A DNA stretch of 31,581 nt from a virus (IMGVR_UViG_3300028025_002032:1-31581), one strand, 5' to 3'. Positions 6,008-15,721 are shown, numbered from the stretch's first letter. Notes: a model not told the origin generated them from the sequence alone. Program-made: numbers and translations.

Positions 6008-6963
6008 TGGTCGGTAAACTCACACCAAACACGATGCTATCAGCATCACGGCTCCCAGCAATTATGGGAATGAGCAAGTATCGCTCTGCCAATGATGAGT
6101 TGCTTATGTCAATTGAGGCCATCAAGGGCAATCAACCACCAGACATCAGTAACGAGTCAATGGAATGGGGTAACAGGCTAGAGCCAACCATTCTCATGGA
6201 GGCAGCCAACCGTCTGGGATGCAGTCAGCTAGATTACAACCACGAGGAGGCTTACTTTCACGATGACTGGCCTATCAGTTGTAGCTTAGACGGTACAGCT
6301 ACTGGCAATGGAGAGGAGTTGTTTTCTGATCCTGAGCGTGGCATCTTTGTAGTCGGTCAGGACTCTATCAGACTGGATGGCACAGGCGTATTAGAGGCAA
6401 AGCTCACAGCGATGGATGCTGAGGATATGCCTCCATTGTGGCGTGGACCATTGCAACTACAGGCTCAGATGGCTATTTATAAAGCTCAATGGGGTGCGAT
6501 TGCTACGCTATACAAGGGTACAGAGTTGCGTATCTTTGTCTTTGCTTTGCATCAGCAGACTCTGGAGACGATTGAGAAAGTATCTAAAGACTTTCAAGAC
6601 CGTCTTGATAGGTTCAAAAATACTGGAGAGATTGATTACTACCCAGTACAGAACCCTAAGGATGCAGCTCGCACCTACTCAGATGCTATAGACGATGAGC
6701 CAATGAAACTGGATGACTACGCAGAGGAGTTGGCAAAGCTAATCCAAGAGAACAAAGCCAAGGCAGCAAAGCTAGAGGCAGAGAATGAGCAAGCTCAGAC
6801 TCAACTCATGGAGATCCTTAGAAATCATAAATACGGTATTGCTGGCAAGTATCAAATCTCATGGCCAACTCGTACCTACAAAGCAACTTTATCTAGGATT
6901 GTCCCAGCCAAAGAGGCGTACACAGTACGTCAAAGCACATTAACCATTAAGGAATTGAAATGA
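6007..6963 (+). CDS. YqaJ-like viral recombinase exonuclease
   Basis: LSASRLPAIMGMSKY, WGNRLEP, SLDG, LEAK, QLQAQM motifs of lambda-Exo/YqaJ family. Confidence 0.9.
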   Translation: MVGKLTPNTMLSASRLPAIMGMSKYRSANDELLMSIEAIKGNQPPDISNESMEWGNRLEPTILMEAANRLGCSQLDYNHEEAYFHDDWPISCSLDGTATGNGEELFSDPERGIFVVGQDSIRLDGTGVLEAKLTAMDAEDMPPLWRGPLQLQAQMAIYKAQWGAIATLYKGTELRIFVFALHQQTLETIEKVSKDFQDRLDRFKNTGEIDYYPVQNPKDAARTYSDAIDDEPMKLDDYAEELAKLIQENKAKAAKLEAENEQAQTQLMEILRNHKYGIAGKYQISWPTRTYKATLSRIVPAKEAYTVRQSTLTIKELK

Positions 6964-7712
6964 AAAACATAGCAACAGCATTGGTCAAAGCTCAGAAAGA
7001 CTTTGCACCAGCACTCAAGGACTCTAACAATCCTTTTTTTAAGACTAAGTACGCTGACCTATCAGCTTGCGTTAAGGCCGTCATTGATGCGCTGAATAAC
7101 AACGGCATTGCATTGGTACAGAAGTGCCACCCATGCGATGATGGGGTATCAGTAGAGACCATCTTTATCCACGAATCTGGAGAGCTACTGGACTGTGGCA
7201 TCCTCCACGTACCAGCTGCGAAGAACGATCCACAGGGTTACGGCTCTGCTCTTACATACGCTAGACGTTACTCACTCATGGCAGCCTGTGGCATCGCTCC
7301 AGAGGATGACGATGGCAACGCAGCAAGCAGAGGCAGACCAGCACCGATGGCTAATCCGTTGAACTTTGCCAAGACAGATGCAAGTGTTTTGGAAAATAAG
7401 GCAAAAAATATTATAGAGAGTAGCGTAAATACAACACTTCCTGAGAACATAGAACCAGTCTTGAGATTAGCTCTGCGTATCCCAGGAAAGGATGATACCT
7501 TGTTTGATAGCATGACTGACTGGGTTGAGGCTTACAATGCAATGGCTGATAAGGTAGCCATGTCTAAATCAATGGGTAAGGATACCAAGCGAATGAAGTT
7601 AGAGGAGTTGCACGGATCTAACAAGCACATCATTGACAAGATGAACCCTGTACAAATCTCAGGCATGAACGCCTTTACTGCTAAACGCAGAGCCTTGATT
7701 GATGCAAGTTAG
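6960..7712 (+). CDS. erf: ERF-family single-strand annealing protein
   Basis: NPFFKTKYADL, PQGYGSALTYARRYSL, EDDDGN. Confidence 0.93.
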   Translation: MKNIATALVKAQKDFAPALKDSNNPFFKTKYADLSACVKAVIDALNNNGIALVQKCHPCDDGVSVETIFIHESGELLDCGILHVPAAKNDPQGYGSALTYARRYSLMAACGIAPEDDDGNAASRGRPAPMANPLNFAKTDASVLENKAKNIIESSVNTTLPENIEPVLRLALRIPGKDDTLFDSMTDWVEAYNAMADKVAMSKSMGKDTKRMKLEELHGSNKHIIDKMNPVQISGMNAFTAKRRALIDAS

Positions 7713-7720
7713 GAGGAGCC

Positions 7721-7948
7721 ATGTGGAACCATAGGATTGTTAATTTAGTTGATGACTTTGGATCAGAGCAGCTGGAGTTGGTTGAGGTTTTCTATGATAC
7801 CGATGGCACACCCTACGCTTATGGCGTGGCCACCATTGTTGCTGATAGCATGGAGGATATTGCATTGCAACTAGAGATGTTTTGCTCTGCGATGGGTAAG
7901 CCAACCTTAGATTACCCAGAGGACTTCATTGGGAATGTAAATAAATGA
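7721..7948 (+). CDS. Hypothetical acidic phage protein
   Basis: AGGAGG RBS; WNHRI..EVFYD..G.P pattern. Confidence 0.8.
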   Translation: MWNHRIVNLVDDFGSEQLELVEVFYDTDGTPYAYGVATIVADSMEDIALQLEMFCSAMGKPTLDYPEDFIGNVNK

Positions 7949-8148
7949 TTAGATGGTCAGGGACTGTACTGTGTTTGATAGGTATAGCCTTGACCAGTCT
8001 AAATATATACCCTTTAAACCTCGTATTTGGGCTTGTAGGGAGCTTTCTTTGGACAGTCCAAGGCTACCTATACCGAGACAATGCCTTGCTCATAGTGGAG
8101 CTTGTAGCGACTATCATATACATCGCTGGTTTAATAGCTATCCTTTAG
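7945..8148 (+). CDS. Small multi-pass membrane protein
   Basis: About three hydrophobic segments; ATGA overlap. Confidence 0.75.
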   Translation: MIRWSGTVLCLIGIALTSLNIYPLNLVFGLVGSFLWTVQGYLYRDNALLIVELVATIIYIAGLIAIL

Positions 8149-9161
8149 ACTCCCCAAATCTTTCCACGGAAAGTAACTTCACCCTTCTCCTCATCCCAAA
8201 CTTGCACTAGCTCTGGGGGTAGCAGCTGCCCTCTCTCGTAGGTCAACATAGCAAAGCCACTCCTGTGATCCCTTGCTGAGTCCTCCATGTAACTGAACTG
8301 CTGGCCATAAGGATTAGCCAGGCATCCAGTTTGTACGCCATAGATGGTACCCATTCTGAAAGCTGGATTCAATGTCGTGAATGGATGCACAGTCAATACG
8401 TGGGTATGTCCTGTCACCGTATGTACTGAGCTTGCCTGTACGTTGGATCTGCCAGCGTTGTAGCCACCCTTATGACGATGCTTAATCTGAGTATCATCAT
8501 TCACCCAGAACGACCAGCAAGATTGCCACAATGGAAAGTGGTCTTTAAGGGTAAACCCTTTGATGCCTTCATAGTTATGTGCGGAGCTGTTAGCAAGCAT
8601 GGATTCAAAGCGAGCATCGTGATTACCCAATGTCCATATCAGGTTCTGCTTAATCCTTGATGCGTTCTCAACCTCAGTCAAATACTCAACGCAAGCATCT
8701 AGCTCTTGCTTAACTGTGAACGTCTGATCCCATCCAAACTTTGGGAATCTGCTGAGTCGTTGGCCATCAAAAGCATCTCCATTACAGACAATCACATCAG
8801 GCTTAAACTCTTTAATCATCTCAATCAAAGCTCTGGAGGCAGTCGTATCGTAGCCAGGTATGATGTGGGCATCAGAGAATACTATGACTCTGCCCTTCTC
8901 CATTGCTATGCCACGCCTGACGTTATGCTCCGCTTGCTGGATGCGCTTTTCTACTCTCTGTTTTAAACCTTCTTTGTCATACTTAACTGTATTCCCACTA
9001 TGGTTTGTTGTCTCCAAGACAATACCTTTACTGGCTAACTCACCTCTCCTACGGTAAACATTCCTAACGCTAATTCCTAAGTAGTCAGCGACTGCTTGGG
9101 GGGATCCTAATTCTTTGAATAGTCTTATGAACTCTACTTCATTGCATGATGCTTGAACCAT
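8145..9161 (-). CDS. Calcineurin-like metallophosphoesterase with N-terminal HTH
   Basis: DAH, GDAFD, GNHD, GHTH motifs; N-terminal SPQAVADYLGISVRNVYRR. Confidence 0.9.
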   Translation of the reverse strand: MVQASCNEVEFIRLFKELGSPQAVADYLGISVRNVYRRRGELASKGIVLETTNHSGNTVKYDKEGLKQRVEKRIQQAEHNVRRGIAMEKGRVIVFSDAHIIPGYDTTASRALIEMIKEFKPDVIVCNGDAFDGQRLSRFPKFGWDQTFTVKQELDACVEYLTEVENASRIKQNLIWTLGNHDARFESMLANSSAHNYEGIKGFTLKDHFPLWQSCWSFWVNDDTQIKHRHKGGYNAGRSNVQASSVHTVTGHTHVLTVHPFTTLNPAFRMGTIYGVQTGCLANPYGQQFSYMEDSARDHRSGFAMLTYERGQLLPPELVQVWDEEKGEVTFRGKIWGV

Positions 9162-9502
9162 TAAAGCTCCTTGGGGTCATAGCCTAATTGCGTGGCTACC
9201 CTGTGTGATAGGGTTTTAAATACCTTATCGTGTTTGTCCCAGCTCTTGCTGTTTTTAATATACAGTCTCATGTGGATTAATTCGTGTGCAGTTGTGCGAA
9301 TAATATGGTCTATAAACGATAGCCTAGCGGATGAGATTCTGATGGTATGAGGGTCAGGCTCGTACTCTCCATAGCAACTTGGATCATTATTAACCTCAAA
9401 GTTCACATCTTTAGATGGAGGTAAATCCCACCGATTAAATGGAGGTACTTGTATTAGCATCTCGTATATTGCTTGTACAGTTTGCGGAGTAACTAATTTC
9501 AT
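9161..9502 (-). CDS. HExxH zincin-like (SprT-like) protein
   Basis: AHELIH plus downstream H (KHDKVF). Confidence 0.75.
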   Translation of the reverse strand: MKLVTPQTVQAIYEMLIQVPPFNRWDLPPSKDVNFEVNNDPSCYGEYEPDPHTIRISSARLSFIDHIIRTTAHELIHMRLYIKNSKSWDKHDKVFKTLSHRVATQLGYDPKEL

Positions 9503-9533
9503 CTTCTTAGTATCCTAAATATTTGTTACAGCT

Positions 9534-10010
9534 TTAAGACTCAAACATCTCTTTCTCGTGAGTCCTTCTTTTAACTAAGCCAGGTAACACTTTGCCACCA
9601 GCCTTAGTCCATACCAAAAACTGCTCTGCTGCACCATCGTATTCACCTCGGTTTACCTTCATCCTGAGGGTAGAGTTCTGTAAGTTACCCAGTCCAACGT
9701 TGAACGAAAATGATACTAGAGCATCAAATTGCCCTTGTGTCAATGGGACTTTTATTAATCTTAAAACTCCAGCCTCAAACCTTGCTAGATCCTTACGTAG
9801 GATTTCATCAATCTCATCGGCACTTAGAACTCTATCCCAACCTGGAGGTATAGGTAATGCCTTTCTATCAGCCATCGGTACTCTAGCATGGTTAGGGTCA
9901 ATAACATGGCCTACTCCTACAGTCCAAAGCAAGGCTGGGCATTGGTACGGCTTACTCTTAACGCCCTCATCTTGCTTTATTTGTTGAATACACTTTGGGC
10001 TTACTCTCAC
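9534..10010 (-). CDS. Endolysin, GH24 lysozyme
   Basis: E-G...C....WTVGVGH catalytic region, FDALVSFSFNVG, LPGLVKRR. Confidence 0.95.
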   Translation of the reverse strand: MRVSPKCIQQIKQDEGVKSKPYQCPALLWTVGVGHVIDPNHARVPMADRKALPIPPGWDRVLSADEIDEILRKDLARFEAGVLRLIKVPLTQGQFDALVSFSFNVGLGNLQNSTLRMKVNRGEYDGAAEQFLVWTKAGGKVLPGLVKRRTHEKEMFES

Positions 10011-10510
10011 TTCTTGCTCCAGCCTCTTGATCCAAACCAGTAGCCGATGATTGCACCTAGCATAGCCATCTCATCTTCGCTGAATATCATGTCAGTTGCT
10101 TTGAGAAAGTCATCAACGTTAGTAATCAATGTGCCGTGGTTAAACAAGTAAACACCAATACCGATATTGATAATGAACAACTCAGCAACAAACAAGTAGG
10201 TAACGACAGGTCTAACTGTAGCTACAAAGGTTGATGCCCACGGAGCAGCCTTCTCAAGTACCTTAGCATCGTGAGCGTAGGCAGCCTTAGTCATCTCAGC
10301 ATCAGTCTCCATCATCACTTGGTCTGTGCGAATCTCCTCTACCTTAGCTTGAGCAATAAAGCCACGCTCCATCATCTGTAGCTCTCTGTCAGTCTGCATC
10401 TGAGCTAACTCTAGCTCATGCTTTTTGTCAGATTTATCTTGAAAAAATCCTAGCAGACTAGGTAGGCCAGAGACCAGTAGGCCTCCAAGGGTTGATATCA
10501 ATGAAAACAT
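10007..10510 (-). CDS. Holin-like membrane protein (3TM/GTA-type holin resemblance)
   Basis: DKKHELEL, VRPVVTY, IIGYWFGSR; directly upstream of endolysin. Confidence 0.7.
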   Translation of the reverse strand: MFSLISTLGGLLVSGLPSLLGFFQDKSDKKHELELAQMQTDRELQMMERGFIAQAKVEEIRTDQVMMETDAEMTKAAYAHDAKVLEKAAPWASTFVATVRPVVTYLFVAELFIINIGIGVYLFNHGTLITNVDDFLKATDMIFSEDEMAMLGAIIGYWFGSRGWSKK

Positions 10511-10512
10511 AC

Positions 10513-10938
10513 TTACTCCTTATTAACTAATGGGTTATCTAAAGCTCTACGGATCTTGTTGTCAGTCTCCTTACGCATCTCACGCAAGTCCTTATCTACC
10601 TCACGAGCTAACACCTTGCCGTCTCGCTCAACCTGTTCAACAACCTTCTCCAATCTGCGTACATCATTCTTGATGTCGTTCTTGATGTCTCTTGTATAGT
10701 CATTGACCTTGGCTGTGGACTCCTCCATCAGAGCCAACTTCTTATCGTACTCAGTAAAGTCTGGGCTGACATAGTTCTTGATGGCAGAACGCATACTCAT
10801 GTAGTCGTTGTAAACCTCAAAGGCTCCCCAGAAAGCACCACCAACTACAGGCGCAATAGCGACTACCATCACCATCAACTTGTTGGTTAGCTTAAAGCTA
10901 AAGCCAGCTACACTAATTTCTTTCTCTATATTGCTCAT
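10513..10938 (-). CDS. Single-pass membrane protein with C-terminal coiled coil
   Basis: TM LMVMVVAIAPVVGGAFWGAF then heptad-rich domain ending ALDNPL. Confidence 0.8.
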   Translation of the reverse strand: MSNIEKEISVAGFSFKLTNKLMVMVVAIAPVVGGAFWGAFEVYNDYMSMRSAIKNYVSPDFTEYDKKLALMEESTAKVNDYTRDIKNDIKNDVRRLEKVVEQVERDGKVLAREVDKDLREMRKETDNKIRRALDNPLVNKE

Positions 10939-12130
10939 CTATCATATCCTCATGGCTACGTTGTCCACCAATGGTCATCAAGTAATAGGCTCTCGCATTG
11001 GTACTCAAGGGTTTATTAATCATCTTTCTGCTCAGTAAATCAATGAGTTGCACTTGCTCAATCTTAACAGGGGTAGCAACTATATTGGGCATCTCAATGG
11101 ACTTAGCCTCAGCAGTTTTTGTTTGAGGTTTGCTAGTGGGTTTAGGCTCAGGCTTGCTGTCTTTTTTCTCTGGCTGACTAGATGGCTGACTAGATGGCTC
11201 AGGATTCCTAGCATTGGATACAGGGTTACTAGCAGTTGGAGCTGGTCTAGTTACCACCTCGTTTACTACAGAGTCTGCAATGATAGGGGTCTCCATAGAT
11301 ACCGTACCAGTTGTACTTATTTGCAAAACAGGAGCAGAGATAGCAATGGCTCTAGGAGCCACGATATTAGCTAAGGCATAGGCTTCGTTGTATCCTGGGC
11401 AATCACGGTCATACAGAGCGTTTAAAGTACATTGCTGGGCAAAGTATGCTTGCTGATAGCCAGGACAACTAGGACTGTATATGGGATTGATAGAGCATTG
11501 CTGCGCTAGGTAGGCATCTGCATAGCCTGGGCATGATGGGTCTGATAGAGGATTGGATAAACAGAGATTACCTGTAGAGCCAACTATATGACTAGGTGCT
11601 ATAGTTGAGCTGTAGCCTGGGCCGTGATAGAACTGAGTGTATTCACCTTGAGTTGTATCTCCTGTGATACCCATTGTGATAGGTCTCCACGGACTGATGT
11701 TAATCTTCTCGTAATGGATACCGATATATCCTGATGGCCTAATCTCTAGGCCAAAGGTATTGAGGTTGCCTGGTACGCCATACTCTGAGATGTTCTCCCA
11801 CATATATCTTTGAAACTGTGGGGTGCCTTCAGTTAGGAATCTGCCTTGACCATAGTTAATGAGGTCTGTCTGTAGAGGCATGATAGAGAAGTTAAACTCA
11901 TATCCTCTGGCATTACGTAGGTCGTGGCCTGAGCAGCACCAATGATTGTTTACTGATCCAAAGCCCACAACACCGTTACTGTACATAAAGCTATCAGTAA
12001 ATGTACGGCCATACAAAGGAAAAGGAAACTGTAGAGGGATACGGACATGACCATCATCCGATATCTGATGTTGAATGACTTGAGCCTGAGCTATACCAAT
12101 ACAGGCTAGTAAGGCTACCAGCCATTTCAT
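10913..12130 (-). CDS. Exported protein with NIDO-like domain, Cys repeats and Pro/Ser-rich linker
   Basis: Signal peptide (..AQA/Q); DDG..IPLQFPFPLYG.TF....MYSNGVVGF; three C-x9-CPGY repeats. Confidence 0.8.
   Translation of the reverse strand: MKWLVALLACIGIAQAQVIQHQISDDGHVRIPLQFPFPLYGRTFTDSFMYSNGVVGFGSVNNHWCCSGHDLRNARGYEFNFSIMPLQTDLINYGQGRFLTEGTPQFQRYMWENISEYGVPGNLNTFGLEIRPSGYIGIHYEKINISPWRPITMGITGDTTQGEYTQFYHGPGYSSTIAPSHIVGSTGNLCLSNPLSDPSCPGYADAYLAQQCSINPIYSPSCPGYQQAYFAQQCTLNALYDRDCPGYNEAYALANIVAPRAIAISAPVLQISTTGTVSMETPIIADSVVNEVVTRPAPTASNPVSNARNPEPSSQPSSQPEKKDSKPEPKPTSKPQTKTAEAKSIEMPNIVATPVKIEQVQLIDLLSRKMINKPLSTNARAYYLMTIGGQRSHEDMIDEQYRERN
11366..11563 (-). repeat. Three tandem 22-aa Cys repeats (C..NP.Y.P.CPGY..AY.AQQ)
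   Basis: Cys at aa 190, 212, 234 of the 405-aa protein; 66-nt period. Confidence 0.9.
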
Positions 12131-12579
12131 TTTATCTTAGGTCTAGTAGGGATTAGTTGAGGGTTAGCAAGCCAATGGTTCTTAGCCTCTACGTTTATCT
12201 TGCCTTCAATCGGACAAGGTACGCCACCATCCCACATGGACCACCAGACTCTAGCATCTTGGCAGAGTAGAGCAGCTGCTGGAGCCTTCATCTGTAGAGA
12301 GGATAGCTCTCTTGAGAGGATCACTAGCTCACAATTAAGGTCTGTAAAGGTAGAGCCAGCAGAGAATCCAAGAATCTGAGTTTGAATAGCAGCTGATACG
12401 CCACCCTTACACATCACGTTATTAATCGTGGTTACGTTAGGAGAGATAGCAGATGGAGGAGGAGACTTGACTGTGGTCTCAGCCTTGCTGGTTGATTCGG
12501 TTACGATTGGTTGAGCCATAGCTACTGCTATTGATCCACCAATGAGCAGTCCAATTAGTAAGTAACTAATGGATTTCAT
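12127..12579 (-). CDS. Exported Cys-containing protein of unknown function
   Basis: Signal peptide (..AMA/Q); PPPSAISP, four Cys. Confidence 0.8.
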   Translation of the reverse strand: MKSISYLLIGLLIGGSIAVAMAQPIVTESTSKAETTVKSPPPSAISPNVTTINNVMCKGGVSAAIQTQILGFSAGSTFTDLNCELVILSRELSSLQMKAPAAALLCQDARVWWSMWDGGVPCPIEGKINVEAKNHWLANPQLIPTRPKIK

Positions 12580-12740
12580 ATCTTCAGAGATATAGTCAAA
12601 AGAGTAACAATGACAAAGGCTGCTGTACCCATGAGAATCTGCTCTAATCTTTTAAGACGAGCATTGATGGACTCATATCTAAATGCACAGACTTCTTCGT
12701 GAGTGCTTAGTCTTGCATCAGTTTCATTGATAGTAGCCAT
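12576..12740 (-). CDS. Small coiled-coil + C-terminal TM protein (XhlA/holin-like), 54 aa
   Basis: Hand-translated MATINETDARLSTHEEVCAFRYESINARLKRLEQILMGTAAFVIVTLLTISLKI; AGGAG RBS; ATGA overlap. Confidence 0.8.
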   Translation of the reverse strand: MATINETDARLSTHEEVCAFRYESINARLKRLEQILMGTAAFVIVTLLTISLKI

Positions 12741-12743
12741 CTA

Positions 12744-13277
12744 TTACTCCTGAGGAAAAGATAAATCTAAACTTGCCAACTCCTCTACAGAAGTTACAGC
12801 AGAGATACTAGCCTCTAGCTCTGTAGCCTTAGCCACTACAGATGCTCTGTATGCCGCCACAGAAGTAGGGATAGCAACATCTCTTTCAGCCTTACGAATA
12901 ACCATCCAATCGGTTTGAGCTAGGATAGAGCCAGCAGTCTGTTTAACTTGAGCAATGAAGTTAGACTTTAAGCCTTTAGTTACTAATCTTTCTGTTGTAT
13001 CAACCATTGATTCTGTAGTTGGGTCGTAAGCTTTAACAAACAAAGGATTGCCGTCTTGGTCTACTTCTTCTTTATCTTCCAATGCTTTAGGATTAGCTAA
13101 GTTACCATCCCAATAAAATCTGTCATCAGCACGAACAGCATCAGCTTCCCAGACTAGACCGATAGCAGACTTATCTGCCTCAGATGCTAGACGAATCCAG
13201 TTAGCAGGGTATTGAATGTCATTGTGTGTAAAAGGTGTATCCAGTTGGATAGTCTTAGTTCCGAGTTTAAAAGGCAT
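12744..13277 (-). CDS. Tail fibre assembly chaperone-like protein
   Basis: Follows RBP; C-terminal LAQTDWMVIR...YRA motif. Confidence 0.7.
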   Translation of the reverse strand: MPFKLGTKTIQLDTPFTHNDIQYPANWIRLASEADKSAIGLVWEADAVRADDRFYWDGNLANPKALEDKEEVDQDGNPLFVKAYDPTTESMVDTTERLVTKGLKSNFIAQVKQTAGSILAQTDWMVIRKAERDVAIPTSVAAYRASVVAKATELEASISAVTSVEELASLDLSFPQE

Positions 13278-13285
13278 ATTAGTTC

Positions 13286-15721
13286 CTATCTTGCGTTAGC
13301 GTATTTAAAGGGGTTTTCGGCAAATGCCATGTATATGTAAGTTCCACCACTCAAATTAATAAATGAAGTTCCAGTACCTCGCATCTTAAAGCCATTTGAT
13401 AGAGTGTCTAACTGAGTTGCTGAGTTTTGAGTTTCTGCATCTGAAAGGTTAGCTCTAGTTGTTAAATCCATTACATTAAATGTATTTCTTGCTGTATCAA
13501 ACATCCACCAATCACCAGTGCTGTCTGTGCGTTTAAACATTACAAACCTAGGTCTAAAACCTGTGAACACAAATACACCATCTGCACTACCATTACCTGT
13601 GTATGAGCCAAATGCAGAGTAACCTGCGATAGCTGAGAAGCAATAAGCTACAAAGTTTTCACCACTAGCATTGCAATCTCCATCAGTACCTAAACTAAAT
13701 ACTGTGCTTGTTGGAGTTGTATTGTTCCAATAAATAGAACTTGTACCTGTTTGTGCTGCAGTTGAATTTAATAATAATTTTCTATTGTTTCCAACACTTA
13801 CATGGTATGTAATCCATCCCCTTGTATTGCTTCTTGATTTAGCAATTACCATACTAGGAGCAACACCCAATCCATGACCTACTGTTGCATTAGCACCCGT
13901 GCCTGTATAAGTCACTACAGAGAATCCAGCACTTGTATTAGCACTTACTGTTGAAGTAATAGAACCAGCAGTATTGGTTACTCCTGTGCCATTGGCTTTC
14001 CAGTTCCATGCTACATAGGTTGCACCACTTAAATTTACTGCTGAACCACTACCCATCTGAAAGCCGTCAGAGTTAAATGCTAACAAACCAAAGTTACCGC
14101 CAAAAGTGGTTTCTGCACCTGTGGTATTTGATTGAAGCCATTGATTTGTTCCTCTAACCACATCAAATAAACCATGACCATCTGATGCACTTCTTCTCTT
14201 AGCCCAAACAAAGTCAGGCTGGAAACCAACTCCAGTTACATCAATAGTGGATGCACCATTTCCTGTCCACAAGACTGTGTTCATATACTTACCAGCCTGT
14301 GTTGTTGCTGTTGCACCAATAGTAGGAGTAGGTAGGTTAAAAGTATTTAATGCTACAAAGCCTGTAGGTGGTGTGTATGCGAATGGTCTTTGACCAAAAT
14401 TAAAGTTACCAGCAGTAGTATCATTAGAGGCATTACTAATCATAAATGGCATATATGTGCCAGATATTCCTGTAAATGCTTGTCCTTGACTAGTATTGTT
14501 TTTATAAAAAGTAATAGTTCCAGCATCCATATCCAAAGCTACTCCAATTACATCGTTTGTTGTATATGTTGCCCCATAAGCCGTAGCTCCAGCGCCATTA
14601 TCTTTATTGCCAGTTGATCCAATATAAACATAAATATTTCCTGCGCCAGAACCAAAAGGATTTGAACTCATTGATTGGGTAGTTTTTGCTATTCCAAACA
14701 CAGTACCGCTTGCTCCGCTAGTTGTTGGTATTGCTTCCCAGTACCACTTTCCTGATGAAACTCCAAATGTAGCTGTAATTAGAGATTGGAAAACAGAACC
14801 TGCCGCACTTGTAGAGGTAAAGTTTAAATTTGCGCTATTAAGACTAGATGCACTACCAATATTTAATGGATTTAACGTGCAATAGTTAGCCGCAGTCGCA
14901 CTTGTCAATGTTGGCACATCTGTCATTGAATCGTATGTAACACCGCTTGTAATGCTGATATTGTTAGTAGCAAAGTAGTTGCCATTACCTGAGAAGTCTT
15001 TACCCAAGCCCACATTAGAGCTAGTTGTTAGGGCAGAGTTATCTGTAAATGGGAAATACAATCCATTAGTGCCATAAGAACCTGTGTATTTTTTAGGTTG
15101 CCATACACCTGTTTTGGTATTTGTTTCACCAAAGGATGATGGGGTTAATTGCTGACCGTCAATCCAATTAACTTCTGCTAAGTAACCATCAAAGTAACCT
15201 GAAGGTCTTAAACCACTCCAAGTGCCAATTACAGTTGGAGATGTATTATTATTCCATTTTAAATCAGCATTTTGGCTTGGGTATGTAGCTGTGCTAAAAG
15301 CAGTTATTTGTGTACCATTTACATATATTTTTACTCTATTTGCCGCAGTTGCTTGTGTAGTATCTACTGCAATAACAAGGTGATACCAAGAACTAGGGTC
15401 ACGAAATACCTGAGTTGTAACTAATTCAGCTTGTGTAGAGCCTGTACCACTATAAAATATTAAATTGTCAGTAGAATTAAATTGAACAAATCCATAATCA
15501 AATGAAGCATTAGCATCATTACCAGCTAAATAAAGTGAAGTGCTTAATGTTCCTCTTTTTACCCAATAACTTTGAGTAAATGTTTTCCGATTTCCTGCTG
15601 AAGAAAATGTTTTATTGAGGTAAGCACTAGCACTACTGCGGAATCTTAGTGACCTAGCAATAGTGTAATCACCACCTTGACCACTAGCACCAGCTAATAT
15701 GTTTGAGCCAATAACTGACAT
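13286..15721 (-). CDS. Receptor-binding/tail spike protein with ConA/LamG-like, SPRY-like and repeated YTGNG domains
   Basis: FRDPSSWYHLVIAVDT (LamG-like), SGKWYWE..DVIGVALDMDAGTITFYKN (SPRY-like), three [YW]TG[NT]G repeats. Confidence 0.85.
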   Translation of the reverse strand: MSVIGSNILAGASGQGGDYTIARSLRFRSSASAYLNKTFSSAGNRKTFTQSYWVKRGTLSTSLYLAGNDANASFDYGFVQFNSTDNLIFYSGTGSTQAELVTTQVFRDPSSWYHLVIAVDTTQATAANRVKIYVNGTQITAFSTATYPSQNADLKWNNNTSPTVIGTWSGLRPSGYFDGYLAEVNWIDGQQLTPSSFGETNTKTGVWQPKKYTGSYGTNGLYFPFTDNSALTTSSNVGLGKDFSGNGNYFATNNISITSGVTYDSMTDVPTLTSATAANYCTLNPLNIGSASSLNSANLNFTSTSAAGSVFQSLITATFGVSSGKWYWEAIPTTSGASGTVFGIAKTTQSMSSNPFGSGAGNIYVYIGSTGNKDNGAGATAYGATYTTNDVIGVALDMDAGTITFYKNNTSQGQAFTGISGTYMPFMISNASNDTTAGNFNFGQRPFAYTPPTGFVALNTFNLPTPTIGATATTQAGKYMNTVLWTGNGASTIDVTGVGFQPDFVWAKRRSASDGHGLFDVVRGTNQWLQSNTTGAETTFGGNFGLLAFNSDGFQMGSGSAVNLSGATYVAWNWKANGTGVTNTAGSITSTVSANTSAGFSVVTYTGTGANATVGHGLGVAPSMVIAKSRSNTRGWITYHVSVGNNRKLLLNSTAAQTGTSSIYWNNTTPTSTVFSLGTDGDCNASGENFVAYCFSAIAGYSAFGSYTGNGSADGVFVFTGFRPRFVMFKRTDSTGDWWMFDTARNTFNVMDLTTRANLSDAETQNSATQLDTLSNGFKMRGTGTSFINLSGGTYIYMAFAENPFKYANAR

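Noticed and set aside
9592-9987. Long antisense ORFs over endolysin (also 26942-27313, 30348-30650, 3013-3288 and others)
   Set aside because: Shadow frames of well-supported genes, no RBS or recognisable motifs
10913-12130. Lipoprotein (o-spanin) reading of LLAC at residues 7-10
   Set aside because: Poor lipobox and very short h-region; an SPase I site at AQA fits better
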